Counted from the stretch's first letter, positions 42,957 to 51,935 are shown. The stretch is 64,000 bases of DNA from Candidatus Hodarchaeota archaeon (GCA_048886685.1 JBHLKM010000016.1:1-64000); one strand, 5' to 3'. Program-made: numbers and translations. Notes: generated from the letters alone by a model not told the origin.

Positions 42957-44474
42957 TTGCTTTTTTTCCCAATTTAGACAAATTTGAGCTAAAGAAATTT
43001 CTTCTGTATCAGAAATGTATTCCCTCTCTCTAATATCTACAAAAATAGGATAATTTACAGCAGTCCCCATCAATAGCATTTCGCCAACACCTAAACTTGA
43101 TATCATATTTGCATAGTCCTTTGTAATTGCTTCAGAACTATCCATAAGATGCTTCAAATCATATGGATTTTTTATATTTAGAACCATTTTTGAGTTACAT
43201 TGGGATAGAGCCGTAGTACTCAATCTTTTTGGTCTCTGACTTATTAAACATAAACAAGACATGAATTTTCTTCCTTCTCTGGCAATCATTTCGATTATAG
43301 GTTTAGAAATTGCTTTTGAGTGAGCAGCCTCAGGAGAAAATTGATGTGCTTCTTCAATAATCAGCAAAAAAGGAGGAATTTTATTTAATCTCCTTAAATT
43401 AAATAAGCGATTACAAATATAATCTACAATAATTTGTTTCTTTCTAATACTTATTTCTTTTTGAAGATTAAAAATTGTAATTTTCTGTTGTTCAATAATA
43501 TTATCCAAGTTTGGGTTCTCTTGGGAACCAAATAAAAACAGACGCTCTAAATCAGATAACCATCCTATCAATGCTTGTCGTGTGCTTTTATTTCCATTTA
43601 ATTCACGTTCAATTTGTTCAATTATATCGCTTATTGTGTACTGATTTTTCTTATTCTCATCCTTCTTCAACTTTTTGATAAATTTTGCGAGTTCTCTTAC
43701 TTGAACGTTTGATATATCTTCTTGATATTTCTTAAATGAATATATAGGCATTTTAGGGACAGATATTTGAAAATATGAGATATCTTGAATGCTTACTTTC
43801 TCGTTTAATTCAGGTACCTTCTTCAAATATAAATATTCTCCATGAACATCAAACAGGATTATTGCTGGGGTACCATAATCCTCATTTCTTTTCAATAGTT
43901 CTTCGATGAGAATTGATGTGAGATAACTTTTTCCACCTCCCGAAATTGATAGAATTGCAAAATGTTTATTTAATAATCGATTCATATTGATTTTAGCATT
44001 AGTGTTAGTAACTTTTACTTTACCTAAATTTAATCCTGTTTCTTTGTCAAATCCTATAAATTCATTGAGAAGATCTTCTTCTACAATATAAACTTCTCTA
44101 CCTGGACTTGCGGGGTAAGTCATCCTTAAAATTTTTTCAATATTAGTTTTTGAATTGTTCTTGAATTGTATTATCCCAAGACATTTCACAATAGCTATAG
44201 CGAATTCAAAATCTTCGCTTGGAAAAAGGCCCTTTAATATATTGGGATTATTATTAGTATTATAAGCTTTAATTGTTAAAGCGTCGCTAAAATATTCATT
44301 TAATAATATAATTTGTTCAATTATTCCAATTAAAAACCCTTCATTAGATTCTGTATAAACAAATAATCCCTTTTGAACGAAGTAATTATCCGTTCTTTTG
44401 CTAATAACAAAAGGGAACTGTGATACATCTGGTAGTTGTAGATAATTAAAAACTATTCCAGCTTTAATTGCCAT
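42948..44474 (-). CDS. HerA/FtsK-like ATPase
   Basis: HFAILSISGGGKS Walker A, FDVHGEY, IEEAH, AREGRKF, ISQRP. Confidence 0.9.
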   Translation of the reverse strand: MAIKAGIVFNYLQLPDVSQFPFVISKRTDNYFVQKGLFVYTESNEGFLIGIIEQIILLNEYFSDALTIKAYNTNNNPNILKGLFPSEDFEFAIAIVKCLGIIQFKNNSKTNIEKILRMTYPASPGREVYIVEEDLLNEFIGFDKETGLNLGKVKVTNTNAKINMNRLLNKHFAILSISGGGKSYLTSILIEELLKRNEDYGTPAIILFDVHGEYLYLKKVPELNEKVSIQDISYFQISVPKMPIYSFKKYQEDISNVQVRELAKFIKKLKKDENKKNQYTISDIIEQIERELNGNKSTRQALIGWLSDLERLFLFGSQENPNLDNIIEQQKITIFNLQKEISIRKKQIIVDYICNRLFNLRRLNKIPPFLLIIEEAHQFSPEAAHSKAISKPIIEMIAREGRKFMSCLCLISQRPKRLSTTALSQCNSKMVLNIKNPYDLKHLMDSSEAITKDYANMISSLGVGEMLLMGTAVNYPIFVDIREREYISDTEEISLAQICLNWEKKQLK

Positions 44475-44615
44475 TTCTTTATTTAGGTATAATTTAATTA
44501 GTAAACAAATTAAATTAATCATATAAATGAACTAAAGAGCATAAAAAAAAGATAAGAGCAAAAGATTTCTGATTTAAAAAAATCAAAAGATAAAGACTTT
44601 AGGTTTCTAATACTT

Positions 44616-45230
44616 TCACTCATCTTCTTTTTCTAAGCTACCCAAAAGTCTTAAAATTAAATAATAACCGTTTTTCCAAAAATATATCATAAAGAGAGAA
44701 ACACCAATTATTACAAAAAGCCCAGTGCCCACTAATAATACCCACGGTCCGGTACTTCCTAAAAATGTAAAAAATTTACCTGAATCTCCTGATTCTGTTA
44801 TTATAAGGTTCCAAATAGGAACAAGTATGAATCCAATTATAATACCTATCAAACTTATTAATAATCCCCCTGCAGCGATTTTCACGCCAGTTCGATTTTT
44901 ATATTTTGCCTCAAGTTCTCTTTTTTTGTAAATAAATACCATTAATGACCTTGATGTTTTTTTGAACAATCCATAAAAGAAAACTAATAAGAAGAATAAT
45001 CCCGCTAAAAGGCCTCCAACTAAAGCTATTTGATATCCTAGATTTAGGTCTAAGAATAGTTCCCATTTATCAGTGGGGTCAATAAATATGTCAGCAGCAG
45101 TCCAAACAGCTCCTCCGATAGTAATCAGACTAGCTAAAACAATCAAAATATAGAAAGCTCCTGAAACCTTTTTCTGCGTTTTATTATATTCGCTAGTAGG
45201 GCCTGAAGAAAGTTCCTCCATATCATTCAC
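44616..45230 (-). CDS. Hypothetical membrane protein (4 TM)
   Basis: Four hydrophobic segments with apparent internal two-fold repeat. Confidence 0.7.
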   Translation of the reverse strand: MNDMEELSSGPTSEYNKTQKKVSGAFYILIVLASLITIGGAVWTAADIFIDPTDKWELFLDLNLGYQIALVGGLLAGLFFLLVFFYGLFKKTSRSLMVFIYKKRELEAKYKNRTGVKIAAGGLLISLIGIIIGFILVPIWNLIITESGDSGKFFTFLGSTGPWVLLVGTGLFVIIGVSLFMIYFWKNGYYLILRLLGSLEKEDE

Positions 45231-45374
45231 AACTCATTTATTATTTTTTTATACAAGAGATGAAAATTTCGTCAGAATAACACTATGTATTTATAATTAA
45301 AAAAAAAATAACAATTAAGATATATAAAATTGATGATTATGAGCTAGATATATTTATAAAATAAAATTAGGTAT

Positions 45375-46913
45375 CTATTTTATATCTAAATTATTAGATA
45401 AATCATTTAGCCTTTTATAAAGATTGTTCTTTTCTAAAAAATTGTACAATTCATTTGAGTATTTATAGAGTTCTTCATAGTGTTTATGACGGTCCACATT
45501 AGAAACCCATTTTTTATCGATTTTACATAGACTTTCAGCAGCTTCTGATATATCTGGAAAAATTCCTGCCCCTGAAGCAGCAAGTATGGCAGCACCAAGC
45601 GAGGTTGCTTCTTCTATAATATTTCTTACACATGTTATTCCTAAAACATCAGCATATATTTGATTCCATAAATCTGAACGAGATCCACCACCAGTTAATT
45701 TTAATTCTTTTGGTTCAATTCCGATCTCTTTAAAAACTTCTATATTTTTTCGAATTTCAAACGCAATACCTTCTAATGCGGCTCTATATAAATCCTTACG
45801 CTCATGTCCTAAAGCCAAACCAAATAAGACGCCTCTAGCATGAGGATTCCAGTGTGGTGCTCCTGCTCCTACTAAATGCGGTATTAATAGTAACCCATTT
45901 GCACCCATTGGAGATTCTTCAGCTTCAGCAATCATGATATCATAAGGGTCTTGTCCTTTTTCTTTTGCAATCTCACTTTCAGCCAAGCCAACTTGATCTC
46001 TAAACCATCTAAGAGTTGCTCCAGAAGTAAAAATACTTGCTTCTTGAACCCATGTCCCAGGAACAGCATGGCAACTACATAATACACGCTTTTGGGGATC
46101 GAAATTTGGTTTCTCTAAAAATGCTAGAATAAAGCTTCCTGTTCCAGTTGTGCATTTAATTTCACCTGGAGAAACAACTCCAACACCCAAAGCAGCAGAT
46201 TGTTGATCTCCTGCACCAGTAACTACTAATGTTTTTTTATCAAACAAAGTTTCATCTGTTGTCATTTCTCCTATATCTATTCCACTCTCTAATGTTTCTG
46301 GCATTTTATCTAAATCAATTTCTAATTCAGAGGCAATTTTGTCTGAATATTTCAAATTAGAAATATCAAACAACATTGTTCGTGAAGCGTTTGAGAAATC
46401 GGTACAAAATTTACCTGTTAATTTGTGAATGATGAAATCTGAGACAAGGAGAAATTTATGAGTTTTTTGATAAATTTCTGGTTTTTTATCCTTAAACCAT
46501 AAAATTTTAGTTGCTGAAAAGTAAGGGTCGATTGTTAAACCTGTAGTTTTATAAATTTTATCTATCCCAACTTTGGTATTAATAAATTCTACTTGATCAA
46601 TCGTTCTTCTATCTTGCCAGACTATAGCATTATGAAGAGGATTGCCCTCTTTATCAACGGGTACAATAGTTTCTCTTTGGTTGGTTACAGAAAGGCTAAC
46701 AATATCAGTTTTATCAATTCCACTTTTTTTGATCGCTCGTTCTATAGTTTTTTTAAGGGAATCCCACCATACATTAGCATCTTGTTCTACAAAAGAGGGA
46801 GAAGGGTAAAAACTTTGCCACTCTTGATAATCACTAGCAATTATTGTCCCTACTAAATCAAATATATACGTTCTACAACCCGTTGTACCTAAATCTAATG
46901 CGGCTACAAACAT
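45375..46913 (-). CDS. FGGY kinase (xylulokinase/glycerol kinase-like)
   Basis: DLGTT, TNQRET, WQDRR, GDQQSA, TGTG, TGGGSRS. Confidence 0.9.
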   Translation of the reverse strand: MFVAALDLGTTGCRTYIFDLVGTIIASDYQEWQSFYPSPSFVEQDANVWWDSLKKTIERAIKKSGIDKTDIVSLSVTNQRETIVPVDKEGNPLHNAIVWQDRRTIDQVEFINTKVGIDKIYKTTGLTIDPYFSATKILWFKDKKPEIYQKTHKFLLVSDFIIHKLTGKFCTDFSNASRTMLFDISNLKYSDKIASELEIDLDKMPETLESGIDIGEMTTDETLFDKKTLVVTGAGDQQSAALGVGVVSPGEIKCTTGTGSFILAFLEKPNFDPQKRVLCSCHAVPGTWVQEASIFTSGATLRWFRDQVGLAESEIAKEKGQDPYDIMIAEAEESPMGANGLLLIPHLVGAGAPHWNPHARGVLFGLALGHERKDLYRAALEGIAFEIRKNIEVFKEIGIEPKELKLTGGGSRSDLWNQIYADVLGITCVRNIIEEATSLGAAILAASGAGIFPDISEAAESLCKIDKKWVSNVDRHKHYEELYKYSNELYNFLEKNNLYKRLNDLSNNLDIK

Positions 46914-47016
46914 AATTGATTTACAGTTTATGATTCATAATTATAATAATAAGTTATAGATTGAATTATTGAATAAAATCCTTTTTGAAGGTTTTAATAA
47001 AATAGTCTTTTTTACA

Positions 47017-47694
47017 TCATGTTTCATACCCGCAATAGGGACACTTAAATTTTAGAAGTCCTACATTAAAGCCTTTTATTTGTGCGATCAGCTTATTACA
47101 ATTTGAACAACGTGGAGAATACTCGGGAAACCACTGTCCTTTAATGTTTGGCATTTGTTTAAGCCTATCAATAAACTTCAGTTTTACCAATTCCTTCCTA
47201 TCTACTTGGATTAATTGCTGTTCTTCAGCGATTGATTTTCCTTTAGGGGCTAAAACCATTACGAATTTCATTTTTTGTGGATTATTGAGTAAAGACAACG
47301 TTCTTAAAATAGCTTCTTTTTTATATTCTTTGAATAGTTTTCCCAATTCTGGAGGTGCTAAAGCTACTAAGGTTGCTTGTGAATCTTTAAATTCATTTTT
47401 AACTTTTTGAAATAAAAATTGAAAAATTCTTCTTTCAATGTCCATTCCCCATACAAGATTCCATGGTTTGATATCGTAATCTTCGCCACTTGGACCCACA
47501 ATTCGTTTGATACTTTCAACCCACGAATAATGTTTGAACTTATAAAGATTTGAGAGTGTATCATCAAAATATTCTGGTTCAATTACAGGAAATGTTTTAA
47601 AGATATTTTTTAATGAATATAATTTCACTTCAGTTAAAGATTTTAAATTAAGCGAATCCCATGGTGTTAAAGTGAAAATACTAAAGAAATCCAT
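47017..47694 (-). CDS. Hypothetical protein with C-terminal Zn ribbon
   Basis: CSNC...CPYCG at the C-terminus. Confidence 0.65.
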   Translation of the reverse strand: MDFFSIFTLTPWDSLNLKSLTEVKLYSLKNIFKTFPVIEPEYFDDTLSNLYKFKHYSWVESIKRIVGPSGEDYDIKPWNLVWGMDIERRIFQFLFQKVKNEFKDSQATLVALAPPELGKLFKEYKKEAILRTLSLLNNPQKMKFVMVLAPKGKSIAEEQQLIQVDRKELVKLKFIDRLKQMPNIKGQWFPEYSPRCSNCNKLIAQIKGFNVGLLKFKCPYCGYET

Positions 47695-47812
47695 TTGTTT
47701 TCATTTTTTTTTCATATAATAGAATATATTATCAATAGAGTCCATGTTTAAAAATTAATTTTATATTTTAAATTAACAATTTTTAAAAATTACATTCAAT
47801 ATAATATCTCGT

Positions 47813-48964
47813 ATGACTTCGATTTGGGATATTAAGGCTGATGTTGTTCAAAAAGGAGATAGATTAAGAGATGTCTCTCCTTTACATGATAAAACTATTG
47901 TGGATGAAATAGGTTTTACCCACTATATATTCAGTAAAACTTTATTTAATAATCCATGGTATAAAATACCTGATAATGACTTAGAATTGTTTAAAAACTT
48001 TTTAGATGGGGGATCACGAACATATCCTTCTGATGGGAGTATCCCATGTGATATAATAGCGGGAGAGGCAAGAAAAATACTTAATAGAATTGTAGATATT
48101 TCTAATGAACCTAATAATGTATTCTATAATGATGCGTGTGAAACACTTAAGGAAGGTAAATTTAATTTAGTCCGCGGTACTCTTAAATTATATTTAGGTA
48201 AATATACTACTAGAGATTGGAGGAGGAAAAGATTCACGGATGACATTGATTTCTGGGTCTTCAAAGTACACTTATTAGACCATGTTTTAAGAGAAATGGG
48301 TTGGGTTAAAAATAAAGAAACTGGAGAATTTGAAAAAAGTGTAGATTGGGTTAATCCAGATACGGGAGAAACCAGACATGAAGCTCTTTGTGCTGCAAAT
48401 AATCTAAATCAATTACTTGATTTCGGTGCTGGAAGTTATTTAGAAGGAACCAAGTTAAAAGAGATCTTTAATAAGAAGTTGAAAAGAGGTCATGATGTTG
48501 ATCTAAGTGATATAATAAATGTGGCTTTGTACAATGATGAATCAATTGGGAGAAATAAAGATGAATGGAATGATGTTTGGGAATCATTTGAAGCCGCTAC
48601 TAATACTAGAAATTCTAGAATTACTTCAAATATAATCAGTTTATGTCGTTATTCAATAGGTATTGCGGATCATTTAGAAAGGGTTAGTAGTGCTATAGCT
48701 AAATATCATGATAAAATTTTAGATAAAAATGAATATCCTGATGAAATATTAAAAAGAATCTGTAGAACATCAATCCATTGGATAGATTATCTCAAAAGTA
48801 ATGGTCCAGATGCGACCAGAAATATGTTACATGAATTCTTACTTGAACAAAAAGATGAAAAGGTTAGTCATGTGAAAAATTTAAGGTCATTTGTCGAAAA
48901 AATCCTTAGATTACTTAATTCCAAATATGAATATCTCAAAATTATATTTGAAATTGAGAATTAA
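47813..48964 (+). CDS. Hypothetical protein, possible nucleotidyltransferase fold
   Basis: VRGTL...RFTDDIDFW and KRGHDVDLSD patterns. Confidence 0.6.
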   Translation: MTSIWDIKADVVQKGDRLRDVSPLHDKTIVDEIGFTHYIFSKTLFNNPWYKIPDNDLELFKNFLDGGSRTYPSDGSIPCDIIAGEARKILNRIVDISNEPNNVFYNDACETLKEGKFNLVRGTLKLYLGKYTTRDWRRKRFTDDIDFWVFKVHLLDHVLREMGWVKNKETGEFEKSVDWVNPDTGETRHEALCAANNLNQLLDFGAGSYLEGTKLKEIFNKKLKRGHDVDLSDIINVALYNDESIGRNKDEWNDVWESFEAATNTRNSRITSNIISLCRYSIGIADHLERVSSAIAKYHDKILDKNEYPDEILKRICRTSIHWIDYLKSNGPDATRNMLHEFLLEQKDEKVSHVKNLRSFVEKILRLLNSKYEYLKIIFEIEN

Positions 48965-50217
48965 TCATATAATATAATCAATTCTTCCTTTATTGGTTCT
49001 ATTTCTTTTAATAAGCGACGTTTAGTAGCACCATGAAGTAACCAAAATCCTGTCATTGATATTAGACACAGAATTCCGGCCAAATACCATACCCAGTTCG
49101 GACCAAGACGATCTATAATTAATCCCGCAGCTATAACCCCAAAAAGATTTGGTATCGCCCATTGGAAACCAAAAATAGCCATATATCGTCCACGTTTATC
49201 TTCAGGAGCAAAAGACACTGCGGCCGCTTGAGAAACTGGTGTTACAATCATTTCTCCTACTGTGATAATTACCATTGCGACAAAAAACAGGTATACAGCA
49301 GAGATAAAACCATACATTCCGAATCCAATCATATAAAAAAAAGTTCCAAGTATCATCATCTTCATCGGAGCATACTTTGAAATCCTCTTGGTTATCCAGA
49401 ATTGAAATAACACCACCATAAATGCATTCATGCTCAATAAGAAACCAAAATTCTGCGCTGAGAATTCATGAACATCCCGTAGAAATACTGAAAGCGTACT
49501 ATTCATCTGTATATATACTAACACAGTTATCGCAGAGACTATGAGGAATAACATATATACCCAGTCCTTTAACACTTCTTTATATCCGATAAGAGTTTTA
49601 ATTACTGTTTCTTCTGGCTCATCATCTTGTCTTAGAGGTTTTGTCTCCGGAATAACAAGATATACAATAATAGCAGTGATTATACTGCTCACAGCATCCG
49701 CAATGAATAGAAGAATAAACGACCGAGTTGCTAAAAATCCCCCAAAAATCGGACCGATAGCCGCTGAAAGATTAAATGCCACCCGTAGAATTCCAAATCC
49801 CTCCGCTTGCTTCTCTGTCGGAAGTAAATCTGCTACCATAGCTTGCCGTGCAGGTCTTCCAAAATTACCTACTAGCCCTAAAAATCCCGCGATAAGGTAA
49901 AAGAGATTCAAATTATCAACTAATCCCATTGAAATATTACCTATCCCGCTAGCAACTAAACCCATTATCACCATCGCGCGACGTCCATATTTATCGGCTA
50001 AGGCCCCTCCTATCATGCCACCAAATATATTTCCTGCTGAAAAGATTGAAAAGAGGATTCCCACTTGGGTCATCCCTACGCCAAAATGCTCAGTAATATA
50101 CAACGCATAAAAGGGATGTAATAAAAAGGATCCTAGCATATCAATGAAAGTAGCTAGAGCTAGCACTTTAAATGCATTAGGGTATTCTTTAAACGCACAT
50201 CGAATTTTTGTGAACAT
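48961..50217 (-). CDS. MFS transporter
   Basis: GGALADKYGRR motif A; about 12 TM segments. Confidence 0.92.
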   Translation of the reverse strand: MFTKIRCAFKEYPNAFKVLALATFIDMLGSFLLHPFYALYITEHFGVGMTQVGILFSIFSAGNIFGGMIGGALADKYGRRAMVIMGLVASGIGNISMGLVDNLNLFYLIAGFLGLVGNFGRPARQAMVADLLPTEKQAEGFGILRVAFNLSAAIGPIFGGFLATRSFILLFIADAVSSIITAIIVYLVIPETKPLRQDDEPEETVIKTLIGYKEVLKDWVYMLFLIVSAITVLVYIQMNSTLSVFLRDVHEFSAQNFGFLLSMNAFMVVLFQFWITKRISKYAPMKMMILGTFFYMIGFGMYGFISAVYLFFVAMVIITVGEMIVTPVSQAAAVSFAPEDKRGRYMAIFGFQWAIPNLFGVIAAGLIIDRLGPNWVWYLAGILCLISMTGFWLLHGATKRRLLKEIEPIKEELIILYD

Positions 50218-50407
50218 GTTGATATCATCTGTTAATAAGATTGTAATTACAACGTATAGAGTTATAATATATTCTATAATTATGTTGAAAAGTATGTTTA
50301 GTAATGAATTTTGGATATTTATAGATGAAAAAGTTGAACTTCTATTGAAGTTTGAACTTAAGAAATTATTGTAACCAAATAAAAATCGACCTAATCGTTA
50401 TTTTGGT

Positions 50408-50440
50408 AAAAAAAAATCTTCGTGAAAGATGCGTTTCACG
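50408..50440 (-). terminator. Hairpin plus poly-T, possible terminator of the pfk transcript
   Basis: Perfect inverted repeat CGTGAAA-N6-TTTCACG (50421-50440) followed on the minus strand by AAGA and T9. Confidence 0.4.
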
Positions 50441-50591
50441 TACTATTTACTACAAGCATTACCTCAAAACTCTTCTCATTGTCTTTTGATGAATGCATTT
50501 AATAAACTCATTCCGATAGTGTTCTTTTTCGTTTTATGATAGCAAAAAGAATTCCTCTGATTTCACCCATAATCTAACCTCACGTGATTAA

Positions 50592-51801
50592 CTATTTTTG
50601 CTTTGAAAGGTATCTAATTTTTACGAGTAAATCTCGAAGTTCCATTTTATCATTGTCAGATGTTATGTATTTCTTTTTTACTCCTTCTGAAAGCGGGATT
50701 GTTTCAATTTTATTTCCTTGGAGAGATACCATATTCCCAAATTTACCTTCTAAAACAAGTTTCATTGCTGCTAATCCAAACCTTAATCCTAAAATCCTAT
50801 CAAATGAATTAGGTGGTCCGGCACGCATGGTGTGACCAAGAACTACACTTCGACATTCGAAATCTACTCCATTTTTCTCAAATTCTTGTTTTAAATCGTC
50901 TCTTAAGTTTAATTCTTCAACAATTATTTGGGACATATTCAATTTTACTAATAATGGATTACCAAATGTATCCTTAGGTAATTTATCAATTGTTTCTTTA
51001 GATATGGTTTTAAAATCTCGGTTAAGAGATTCTAAATTCGGATAGGCTCCCTCTGATGTAGCAATTATATGATATTTATAGCCAGCATTAACTCTTTTTT
51101 TCAAAACATCAATAACATCTTTTTCTAAGTCAAATGGCGTTTCTGGGATTAATATTATATCTGCTCCAGCAGATATTCCGCTATACATTGTTAAAAAACC
51201 TGCATCTCTGCCCATTACTTCTACAACAAATACTCTTTGATGCGATCGAGCCGTGGTTGTAAGATTATCCATCGCGTTAGAGGCTAGTTGTGTCGAACTC
51301 CAGAAGCCAAACGTATAATGTGTTCCCTGCAGGTCATTATCAATAGTTTTTGGCACTCCTACTACTTTAGCATCAGCGAATCTATACAAATTATCAGCCA
51401 CTCCAAGAGTATCGTGTTCAGTTTAAAACAGAAGTTATTCTAAAACTCCACCGATAGCAATTAGAGCATCTATTCCTAATTCTTCAAACTTTTTGGTTAA
51501 TTCTTTAGCTTTTTCCTCTTTTGCACTTACTCCCTTAAATGGATTCGTCCTACTTGTATATAGGATAGTCCCCCCCACAGTATGTAGGTCATCATGTTCT
51601 GCTATATTAAGTGGAATTGTTTGGTTTTCCACAAATCCTTTCCATCCCTTAAGGATGCCAACACATTCAATCCCAGTATCATAAGCTTTAAGCATGATTC
51701 CATAAAGTACGGAATTTAAACCGGGACAGTGTACGACAGTTAAGGAAACCTTTAGACATGGCTCCGCCGCCCGTGAGAATTCCAACTTTTTTAATTGCTA
51801 T
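50592..51801 (-). CDS. pfkA: PPi-type 6-phosphofructokinase, three exons (51801-51762, 51730-51446, 51415-50592), 382 aa after splicing, probable ATA start
   Basis: Joined exons read IAIKKVGILTGGGDCPGLN...GGTILYTSR...IGGDDTLG...PKTIDND...EVMGR...LGH; GGDD plus PKTIDND indicate PPi dependence. Confidence 0.88.
51416..51445 (-). other. Putative BHB-type mRNA intron 2 of pfk (30 nt)
   Basis: Insert TTTTAGAATAACTTCTGTTTTAAACTGAAC splits GGA G^AC GAT and carries in-frame TAA; 9-bp inner hairpin; exon-exon helix TATCG/CGATA. Confidence 0.8.
51731..51761 (-). other. Putative BHB-type mRNA intron 1 of pfk (31 nt)
   Basis: Insert CCATGTCTAAAGGTTTCCTTAACTGTCGTAC splits GGA G^AC TGT and shifts the frame; central helix GCGG/TCGT with bulges AG^C and AC^A. 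Confidence 0.8.
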
Positions 51802-51935
51802 TTATAATCACCTTCATTAATTTTTATTTTTTTGACTAATTAATTAAGCCATTTTTGATTAAAAATGTTATTATGAAGTTATATTTAAAAAGATATAAAT
51901 GAAATTATCTTTCCATTCCTTTTTTTTTTAAAAAT

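Noticed and set aside
50480-50520. Eukaryote-like SECIS element
   Set aside because: The ATGA...GA core is not supported by a well-paired helix, and there is no in-frame TGA selenoprotein candidate on that strand nearby.
51416-51446. Translational bypassing (GAA TAA ... GAA hop) or spliceosomal GT-AG intron
   Set aside because: A GAA-to-GAA hop would give GGVLEHDT and destroy GGDD. Shifting junctions to begin with GT/GC gives His instead of Asp, and there is no AG acceptor.
51416-51761. MITE or IS footprints as the source of the inserts
   Set aside because: No target-site duplication, no shared terminal inverted repeats and no transposase in the window.
51435-51785. ORF-track N-terminus MEFSRAAEPCLKVSLTVVH
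   Set aside because: Artefact of reading exon 1 and intron 1 out of frame; the conserved KKVGILTGGG lies in another frame.
50592-51801. pfk as a simple pseudogene or sequencing frameshift
   Set aside because: The lesions are two clean 30-31 nt hairpin inserts at equivalent sites, not 1-nt indels, and all catalytic motifs are otherwise intact. Disfavoured, but not formally excluded without RNA data.
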